Shown: positions 23,500-32,640 of the stretch, in pieces
How positions within the stretch are numbered: the stretch's first letter is position 1
Layout of the letters: the number at the start of each line of letters is the position of its first letter
Source: Nemertoderma westbladi
Taxonomy: Eukaryota > Animalia > Xenacoelomorpha
Length of the DNA: 32,640 nucleotides
Reading direction: 5' to 3'
Assembly (NCBI GenBank): GCA_032718475.1
Contig: JAUCBJ010003328.1
Span: 1 to 32,640, forward strand
Made by a program: the position numbers and the translations under genes
The notes under the pieces: generated by a model
What the model saw: the letters and a program-made list of their open reading frames with translations, nothing else
The model's database searches: none
Told to the model about the DNA's origin: nothing

Positions 23500-25662
23500 T
23501 CACAAAGTATCACAGATCATTTAGAGTTCATGTAGTGCAGATTTAAACTCCACTCCCTCTTCAGGGGTTAGGTCCAACAACACGGTAACTGTGCAGTATC
23601 TACTGCATATAGAGTTTTTGCAACAGGTGCTGTGCTTTGCATGTTAAACATGGCTATGTCCCTTGCACATTTCCCAAGGCCCATATTGAAGCGCCTATAT
23701 TTCCTAGCCCGATTTATCCGCAGGTTGCCCTGAGTTGTATTCAAACATTTTCTATTGTCGCGGAAAGCAATGGACATACAACCCAGCGAAAACTCAGATT
23801 CAACTTCGCTTTGTTTGCTGCTCGAAAATAGAACTAGATCTTTGTTATCGGAAGTAAAATGGTTTGATTGGTTGGATTGATAGGGTTCATTACCCTTAAC
23901 ATGTATGAGTCGGGATACTTCCCTAGGTGCCATCCAAGCGCCCAGTGATTGCAGGTTAATGTGCTCGTGGACCACAATAGCGGTCCGGCGACGGGTGTGT
24001 GGCATTTACCGGCAATTTGGGGGTTTCTTTAAATAGCTGATCCAATACTGGCCCTCGCATGTGGGCCGCACCCCGAGGATTTGGAGTAGCGAAGTAATCT
24101 AGCTTGTAATTCCTCTCGATAATACCCAATGCTATTGGGATGAGACACGGATCGAGAGCACCTTTTTGGCAACTTTCCCTCAGTGATTTTGCCAGACACT
24201 CAAGGTCTATGGATGGATTCTTTCCAAGCAGAAGGAGCATTGGAAACTCCATAGAGAAATTTCCAAGGTACTTTCTGAGATTGTGTACGGAATTGTACTC
24301 CCAGTAGTCCCCCTTCTCAATGCCATTAAGTTTTGGGTATAGCATCGTTGGTGCCAAGCGATCTCTCAAAGAGACTGTTTGCAGTGGCAACGAGACAAAT
24401 GGAAAAGAATTTGAGCTTACGTTGGCTTTCTAAAATCTCCTGTCATATGTCAGGTTTGTTATCTCTAATCCATTCTCTTGCGTATTCTAATATGATTAAT
24501 TCAGATTTTATGATTGCTACGAAGTCATCACTGCTTTGAATCTTACTCAGATATTAGGGCAGGGTACAAACCATGCCAACCAAGGTAGATCCTGTATTTA
24601 ACATCCCCATTACCATACCGGGAGGAACCTTAACAGGTAGCTCTTCTTCATCAATGAAGTTTTGGTATCCATCAGTCATTTCACGTACGTCTGGACACAT
24701 CTATTAGATCTGAGGTCACAGCACAGTTCACCAAGAACCCCGTTTTTATCCTTGACAGATAGCCCCTTTCCCAATCGGAGACTTTTTGACTCAAAAAGGT
24801 TCTCTAACATCAAGCAGATTGTTGTTAAGGTTCTGTGGTTGTGACTCTCGCAATTCTTAAAGATTGTGACTAAAATCCACTCTAAAGCAGGGATTGAGAT
24901 ACACTCTTATCTTCGATTATCTTCGATTTCGGCCACTTTCCCATAGATCTTAGATTTTGTCTACTGTACCTGCTTTGAGGGCACTACCATCATGCTTCTC
25001 CAAAATTATCTTAGAAATCTCCTCTATGGCCGATTGGAAGAAACGAAACATGATGCACGGCGAATCTATAGATCTCGCATCCTTCTGTCCTCTTCCCAAC
25101 TGCTTGATGAAGGTAGAGAGAGTTGTTATTCTAGCCCAGAGTTGCTCTTGAGTAAATTCCTTTTGAATGGTGCCTCAGCGAGTGTAGCTCGCATGTGGTC
25201 GAAGTAACTTGGTCCCACTGGGTAACCCAGGTTTTTCTCAAGAAACTGGTTTGTTTCCAAATACACATCAGCGGCTGGGCTATTGACATCTAAGAACGGG
25301 GAGTATGTCATCCTACCCTTTCTCAACTCATCAGCACGATGGATGCTTAACTTGTCTATCCATAAAGCGAGTAGAGAGTCAGGGTCTGTTTTAAGATCAT
25401 CCCTATATAGTTCAGCGCATCCTTGAACGACATCCAGGTCGACTTGAGAATTTATTAATTCATGGCGAAGTGTTAACTCTTTCCAGTCTGTAGAACGGCG
25501 GTACGGTTGTGTATTAGCAGTCTCATGATATTTCAGGGTCCGAATAGTGATATTTATAACATACCGTGTACATGTCCCGGTTCATACTGGTGGTGCGCCT
25601 ACATAGGCGTATAGGTTGTTGACGATGGGAGCCAATGCTTGATGAGCGAGTTTTGAAAACAT
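23500..25662 (-). pseudogene. PB1: Endogenous viral element: near full-length orthomyxovirus-like (Articulavirales) PB1 RNA-dependent RNA polymerase
   Basis: Collinear motifs read by hand across frames: LYAYVGAPPV*TGT (25614), GRMTYSPF, motif F KQLGRGQKDARSIDSP..RFF (~25100), damaged motif A EDN..EC (~24915), FESKSLRLGKG, motif B PGMVMGMLNTGST (24596-24619), motif C QSSDDF (24521-24538), motif D LGTNDAIPKT (~24350), motif E WEYNS..GNFSMEFP..GKNPSIDL (~24220-24303), DNRKCLNTTQ, and C-terminal MICDTL* at 23500. Confidence 0.93.
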
Positions 25663-26805
25663 GTTTAAAAGACCTCTTGCTATTGCTTACACTAATACAA
25701 ACAAGGCAACAAAGAGCTCAGTAGCAGCACTAAATAATTACCTTTGTGTCATCAAATGCACTAAAGATATAGCATGTATGAGTATGGAGGAACTAGGATA
25801 CCACAAATATAATTTCATTAAGCGATACAAAAAAAAATCAGGAGAAAAACTGGAAACCTCGACCCTTAGGAGTTACTTATACGGCCTATTGCACCATTAT
25901 AAGAAATTATGTATTAGGATTGTCTTGGAGCTGAAGGGATTTAAAGACTCTAAGGAGGTGTTTCATGCCAGGCTGTATCAGTTCAAGACCGATGGCAAGG
26001 GTATTGCCAGTGACTCAATGGATTCCCATAATTTCTCTACCATGAAGTCAAGCAGACAGCTTTAACATTCCACCAAACAGGTGTTGCGAAACACATTGTA
26101 TGTTATTTAAACAACCCAATTTGGTTACCATCATGGGTTCGAAATGAGAAACGTGATGGTTGGTAAACTAGTTATTTATTAGTTAGTTACCTTCACTTGC
26201 TACAACTGAAAGAGTGCAATATCAAAACCAGAAAGGGTTCCGTGCCAGGTAGAGTGGTTGTCCTAAAGGCATACAAGGTACCTACAGATGAAGGAATAAC
26301 TAAGACTTGTATGTCTAAGGATGGTTAATCTCTCTAAGGATGGTACATCATGGTTTTGCAACCAGCCCATTAGGAAGATGCAAATTTTGTTGTCAAATGC
26401 TCTGAAATTAACACGGAGTGTCGCAAGATCACCCTGATATCATATGCTGCTCAAACTATTGTTGATCAACATAAAACAGCAACCTATGCCCAGAAACAAC
26501 TAGGGTCATTCTATTTCAGCCACATCATCCCACTACATCAATACTATTGAAATGACATAGTATAATGTGAGCAACACCCTCTCACACATTACGTTATATC
26601 TGGTGGTGCAATGGATTTAGATGTGGATAACAACACCACAGAGCATTGTTTGAAGGTATGATACCTGCATCGACCACTGCATCAATGGCTACAACGTCCT
26701 TATCATCCACTAACACAGTACAGTGCACTGATGTCTCTATAGATAGGACAATGGACTTGATTTTTAGAAAAAGTAAGTTCTCTGGGAATGTGAACATATA
26801 CTGTA
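25661..26805 (+). pseudogene. Degenerate Crypton (DUF3504-type) tyrosine recombinase
   Basis: NTNKATKSSV..EEL..F..KKKSGEKLETSTLRSYLYGL..F..SKEV..A....K..GKG, then across stops and frameshifts VLRNTLY..FG....EMR, IKTRKG, WFCNQPI, KIT, LGHSISATSSHY and a C-terminal FSGNVNI. Confidence 0.8.
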
Positions 26806-26910
26806 CATTGGATTACACCAGAATACTAATAAGCCAACTTTTAAATAACAGTCAGTTAATATAACAAACTACAGTTTTAACTGACTGAATTAATTTTACA
26901 GTATGTGCGG

Positions 26911-27140
26911 AGAGCCACGAAGTAAGCGAACCTTAGCGTAGTGGAACCATTAATCAACCTGTCGTTATGTTGATCTGTTGCTATATTTATGCAGTGTTCA
27001 ACTTTGAACGTTAATTACTCGATCAATCCTCAATGAAATGTAACCAAACTTTGTAGACAATAGTCTTGTCAAAAGTTTATAAATTTTAGAATTTTAGGAA
27101 ATTTAGAAATTTGCGTGGGGCTTTCATGCAGCACCAGTAT
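26911..27140. mobile_element. Helentron/HINE-like dispersed repeat (short copy 3, inverted relative to copy 1)
   Basis: GAGCCACGAAGTAAGCGAACCTTAGC is a near reverse complement of the right end of copy 1. Internal AACCAAACTTTGTA..GTCAAAAGTTTA is shared; the copy ends with GTGGGGCTTTCATGCAGCAC. Confidence 0.55.
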
Positions 27141-27720
27141 AACTGTCTTACAGTTTGAATAAATGTATTTATCAAAAATTATTAGGCTTGACATCTTCGG
27201 GTTAGATACTTTCATAAAAAAAAATGTTTGAAAAGACTACCTCTCTGTCGAATTTTATCTATTCTAGCCTGTGGTGTAAAAAGTTCAATATAATTTTTTT
27301 TTCAAAAAATATATTGTTTTAGGGTTCGCCCAAGTCATATCTGTGTTGCTATAGTAACCACAACCACTTCCAGTGTCAAAAAAAAAAAGCAAAATGGCAC
27401 TTCCAATCATCACACAAGGAAGGGAATGGTCTCATTCGAACTGGAATCATCGATTTAGTGGGGGTAGGAGGTAGTTCTCATCTCAGATTGACTCTTCAGG
27501 CCTTAATGGACAAAAATGATTTTTTATTTTTCCACATCAAACTGTATCAGTATTTCATCATATCTGTATCTGTAACATCATAGTGTATCATCATATCTGT
27601 AACTGTATAATTGATATTATTATTTATTTATTAGCATTACCGCAATTGTAAATTAATTATTATTTGTCTCATGTTTTTAGAGTTATGTTATCATTCACTA
27701 ATGACAATGTTTCTTTTTAA

Positions 27721-29580
27721 CCTTTTACCTGCCACCCCTCGAAATTTTTTTAAAAATTATAAATTTATCATGTTTTTGACTTTAGATTCGTTGGGTATGA
27801 AAGGATCAGAACGATTTTTTCAAAACTACCCACTCTTTGACTCAGGGAGTGTATGTTCCCATATGGGAACATTGGCCGTTAAACAGACAAGGTAAATATT
27901 TATAACATTTTAAATAAACAGCATAGTTATAAGCATTAAAAACCATTACATCATTATTAGATCGTATTGAATCAGCATTAGATTGTGTATATGACAAGTA
28001 CAGACATATGTATTGTATGAAATATGTAAAATACCAGAGGATATAATATAAACTATACTGTACTCTGTATAATTGAAAAATAACACAAAAACAATATACT
28101 TGTATATATTACAAAATAGTAATAGTTTGCTTAGAGATCTTTATACTTGAGGTCATGATATAGTTCAAAACAAACAGCACTGCAATCATGGTGTAGACGA
28201 ACTTCAAAATTTCTCACATTTTTTCCTGCAATTCTTCCTGCAGTAGACACATCGACCTTGAGTGGTGGGGATTGCATTATGGCCAACACCATCATATCGC
28301 ACATCATTCGGAAGATCATAGTGATGGCCGCCACTAGTTGATATTCGTTTGCTGGCATCATATCTCATACGTGTTACAGTTACTGAAGATAGGAAGGACA
28401 GATGACTATCAGCATCCTTACCACCATGGATAGTAGTGTGAATGCGCCATGCTGCTACCAATGACACATTCAGTGCATTTATGAAAAGGGGACCACCACT
28501 TCTTGCCAGTGATCGTTGGGCGATAGGATCCAAGAAGACAATCCATCAGATCAACTCCACCCATGCCCTGATTATACATGCTAACAGCATGTGGTTGTGG
28601 AACGTTGATAACCCCTCCTTTCACACGACACTTTGCAGAATGCAATGGCGTCACTGCATGACAGGTAGATAACATTTGTACAGTGGAATTATCATTCCAC
28701 TTCACTAATGCCAGTGAACCTTTGCTAGCCACTTCATATTTGCCACGCTCCAACTTCTTGAATTGTGATGTAGCTGTTAGTACATTCTTTCCCCCACAGG
28801 TTCGATTTTCACGTACAGTTCCAGTAGCATGCCACCCTTTATCAGCCAAATCCATCATCAGGTCATAGCCAGTGAAAAGGTTGTCAAAAAACACCTCATG
28901 CTTGGCAGGATTGCTAACTGATTCAACCACAGATAGCATTGTGTTAGTGACATGCTCACCAAGAGGCCCATTACGTTTACTGTCTTTACCAGTGTATATC
29001 TCCATATGCAATAGATAACCATTGGATGCTGCCTGCGTCCAAATCTTATACCCAAAACGTATTGGTTTTCCACGGATGTATTGTCTAGCACTGTGGCGTC
29101 CACGGTAAGGAACCATGGATTCATCTATGCTCAACTGCTCCCAACAGATGCAAACTTTATGAAATTCTTATTTATACGCTTGTATATGGGATTTACTTTG
29201 GCAGCTTTGTCACCTTCAACCAGCTGGTTATTATCTGCCAAATGCAAATGTTTCTTTATTGCACGGAAACGATTCCGCGTCATGGTTTGGGCCACAAATT
29301 CAACATGAAAATCTGGAGAATTCGACCAATAATCACTCTCTGATGGCACCCAATGATACCCAGAAAAAAAGCAAAATTCCAATAAACTGACAATTAATTA
29401 TCTGTTAGAAATTGTATAATCCGGTGAATTCTTTTATATTGCATATAGCAAAGACTGTCTCCGAATCTCTTCCACTAGTTCATCATCGAATATTTCACAA
29501 AACAACTCATAAGGTGTCTTCAGTAACAGTTGTGTCTCCTTTTCTGCAAGATTATCTGCACATTCCTTATGGATGGTTTT
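27721..29580 (-). mobile_element. Decayed piggyBac transposon (PGBD2/3-like transposase, frameshifted, 5'-truncated)
   Basis: TPYELF..FDDE, SGYH..YWS..MTRNRF, SIDESMVPYRG, KPIRFGYKIW, FFDNLFT, YNQGMGGVDLMD and a Cys-rich tail RCVYC..C..LH..CF..YH ending at 28131. TTAA (27717-27720) plus CCTTTTACCTGCCA terminus; palindrome ATGTTCCCATATGGGAACAT at 27853-27872. Confidence 0.92.
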
Positions 29581-30509
29581 TTAACAGGGGCGATCAGGAG
29601 CGCGTTATTACTGCCGCACTGCAGCACTGCTGCTAAACACAAAACTGCTTCTCACCGCTGGATGGCGCTAACCTGGCCGTCCGCTAATATATTTTACTAA
29701 TTTTATACGGCTCCTGCAAATCGCTTGTTCCTTTCTCTGTTGATCGCTCAACAGAGAGCTAACTGTTCGAATCTATGAGCCACGTGGGAATAACCAAAAC
29801 AATAAACCCGAATCGGCTCCCTAAGCTACTTAAAACGAGTGCGGTTGGCCTAGAACTCAGAGTTCACTTATCGCAAATACTGGAATTCACTGGGTAGAAC
29901 ATATAGAATGTGAGAATATTTTAATGTTAAGGGGGATAGATCTGTTACTTTCGTAGGTGCTGAAACTTGGCCTTCGGCTGGTTTTAGACCAGCAAACTTA
30001 CTACTGCTGTACAGTATACTATACTGGACACTGCTGTCAACCTGTTGCCCCGCTATTTTAAAATAACCACCTAGCGTGAATAGTCTATGGTATTCTAAAT
30101 AATCACTTAAACTACTCTCCGCTATGCTGCGTACAAATTCTTATTTTAACGCTAAATAATTACAGTCATAAATATGAAACAGCGTACTAATTACTAAGTG
30201 TTCCAGAATGCGCAATTCTAATTTATTACGCACCGGGTTACACTAGTAACAGCCTCAATACCGTATTATTTTGGCCTAATCAGTAATTATTTATCGTAAA
30301 CTAAGAAATAGAAATCAATCAAGGGAAAAGGGCCCCTGTCTAAGCATTCATAATTTAATCAGGCACACTTTAGCAACACAACACAAATAGCGTAGCACTA
30401 AGTTAGTAGTATGGCAGATAGCGCTAACTACACCAATCAGCTAGTGCACTAAATACCCATACGTTAGTACATCAGTATACCAGTGTTAGTCATCCAATCA
30501 GTCAGTCAG

Positions 30510-30829
30510 TGTAAGAACCACAGGCCACCCAAAGCCACACATAGGACTCCTAAAAACAAAACAAGTACAAAAATTACAAATTATTGCAAGAAACAAACGC
30601 ACAAACTGAGATAAGATTATATTACGAAGCAGACAGAAACTGAGAATACAGATTGAGAGATTATGGATTGAGAATGAGAGATGCATATACTGGAAATACA
30701 GCCAATTTATATGTGATTCATCGAGGATGATGCAATAATCCTCTGATTGGTTCCCCAATCCGCGCTACCATTAGACCAACCTGGAAGCAGCTAGGCCAAT
30801 AAGGAAGCCGGATTGTGAACCTAATCACA
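30510..30829 (-). mobile_element. Possible solo LTR
   Basis: Minus strand TGTGA..TTACA ends, CCAAT boxes, then CATATAAA and a pyrimidine-rich tract. No TSD seen. Confidence 0.3.
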
Positions 30830-31126
30830 AATTACCACCATATATGGTAATTTTGGCGTTGCTTAATTTAGCGGTACTAAAAGCACGGTACATAAAATCT
30901 AATTTAGCGCAAATATAATAGAAATTAAAGCAAATATACAGTTAATCCTATTGATACTAATAACAGCAAGCTTACATCAAGTGTTTTATAGGAAACTTGC
31001 TACCGTAGAACTATTTATTTATATTTTACTACAAAATTACATAGGTAGGACTACATACTGTACAAAATGGATAAAATTCACAAATATGGGCATTTTATTT
31101 TATCATATTTAATATGGGCACTTCAT

Positions 31127-32487
31127 TTCATTGCTGGACCCGTTTATACTCGTTTATACTCATTGCTGGACCCGTTTATACTCGTTTATACTTGTAGCTG
31201 AACCCGTTTATACTCATTGCTGGACCCGTTTATACTTGTAGCTGAACCCTTTAATACTCATTGCTGGACCCGTTTATACTAGTTTATACTTGTAGCTGGA
31301 CCCATTTATACTCATTGCTGGACCCGTTTATACTCATTTATACTCATTGCTGGACCCGTTTATACTCGTTTATACTTGTAGCTGAACCCGTTTATACTCA
31401 TTGCTGGACCCGTTTATACTTGTAGCTGAACCCTTTTATACTCATTGCTGGACCCGTTTATATTTATACTTGTGCTAAATTCGGTTATACTTGTAGCTGA
31501 ACCCTTTTATATATACTCATTGCTGGACCCGTTTATACTAGTTTATACTTGTAGCTGAACCCCTTTGCCTTTATACTCATTGCTGGACCCGTTTATATTT
31601 ATACTTGTGCTAAATTCGGTTATACTTGTAGCTGGACCCGTTTATACTCATTGCTGGACCCGTTTATATTTATACTTGTGCTAAGTTCGGTTATACTTGT
31701 AGCTGGACCCGTTAATACTCATTGCTGGACCCTTTTATACTCGTTTATACTCATTGCTGGACCCGTTTATACTTGTAGCTGGACCCGTTTATACTCGTTT
31801 ATACTTGTAGCTGAACCCTTTTATACTCATTGCTGGACCCGTTTATACTTGTAGCTGGACCCGTTTATACTCATTGCTGGACCCTTTTATACTCGTTTAT
31901 ACTCATTGCTGGACCCGTTTATACTTGTAGCTGGACCCGTTTATACTCATTTATACTTGTAGCTGAACCCTTTTATACTCATTGCTGGACCCGTTTATAC
32001 TCATTGCTGGACCAGTTTATACTAGTTTATACATGTAGCTGAACCCTTTTATACTCATTGCTGGACCCGTTTATATTTATACTTGTGCTAAATTCGTTTA
32101 TACTCGTAGCTGGACCCGTTTATACTCATTGCTGGACCCATTTATACTCGTTTATACTCATTGCTGGACCCGTTTATACTAGTTTATACTTGTAGCTGAA
32201 CCCTTTTATACTCATTGCTGGACCCGTTTATACTCGTTTATACTCATTGCTGGACCCGTTTATACTTGTAGCTAAACCCTTTTATACTCATTGCTGGACC
32301 CGTTTATATTTATACTTGTGCTAAATTCGGTTATACTTGTAGCTGAACCCTTTTATACTCATTGCTGGACCCGTTTATATTTATACTTGTGCTAAATTCG
32401 GTTATACTTGTAGCTGAACCCTTTTATACTCATTGCTGGACCCGTTTATATTTATACTTGTGCTAAATTCGGTTATACTTGTAGCTA
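31127..32487. repeat. Composite minisatellite/satellite of related 22-bp and 10-bp modules
   Basis: Modules TACTCATTGCTGGACCCGTTTA, TACTTGTAGCTGAACCCTTTTA, TACTCGTTTA and TACTTGTGCTAAATTCGGTTA in shuffled order. Confidence 0.95.
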
Positions 32488-32640
32488 TTTCAAATTGTAG
32501 TCAAGTTGTAGTTAATTCTGTTTTAATTAAATAAGCATACTAGCAATAAGCATTTTCATATTTCGATTATTTCGCTATAATATATTATAAAATTTGTTCA
32601 TAAAATTTCAAACGTTTCAACTAAAAAAAATAAATTTAAT

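Noticed and set aside
23400-23500. Conserved orthomyxovirus terminal promoter sequences flanking PB1
   Set aside because: No convincing match to AGTAGAAACAAGG / AGCAAAAGCAGG-type ends at either side; only a small CCCCTATGAGGGG hairpin.
21620-23500. The adjacent LINE copy as the agent that integrated PB1
   Set aside because: It is tail-to-tail with PB1 and much less decayed (one stop), so probably a later insertion. No shared TSD.
27181-27506. Possible second Kolobok-like MITE ending GGCCTTAA
   Set aside because: The terminal match is only a few bases and the left TTAA is imperfect.
31651-32042. Short ORFs in the terminal satellite
   Set aside because: They are by-products of the repeat sequence.

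Overview
This is AT-rich eukaryotic DNA, almost certainly from an animal and probably an invertebrate (GT-AG introns, SINE/LINE/DNA transposons). It has no prokaryotic features and no CRISPR. The left part (1-14.5 kb) holds an apparently intact 7-exon, ~949-aa tyrosine-recombinase gene on the + strand (N-terminal domain, two C2H2-like fingers, YR domain, Myb/SANT-like tail). It converges on two damaged minus-strand genes built around coding minisatellites, one split by a TTAA-flanked Kolobok-type element. The right part (15-32.6 kb) is a transposon graveyard: HINE-like, CR1, hAT, L2-group LINE, Crypton, piggyBac and a satellite. The ORF track misses the standout feature in it, a near full-length, decayed endogenous copy of an orthomyxovirus-like (Articulavirales) PB1 RNA polymerase gene at 23500-25662 (-). 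Its N-terminus, motifs F and B-E and C-terminus can still be read across stops and frameshifts; motif A is damaged. All family assignments come from recognising motifs by eye, with no database search.
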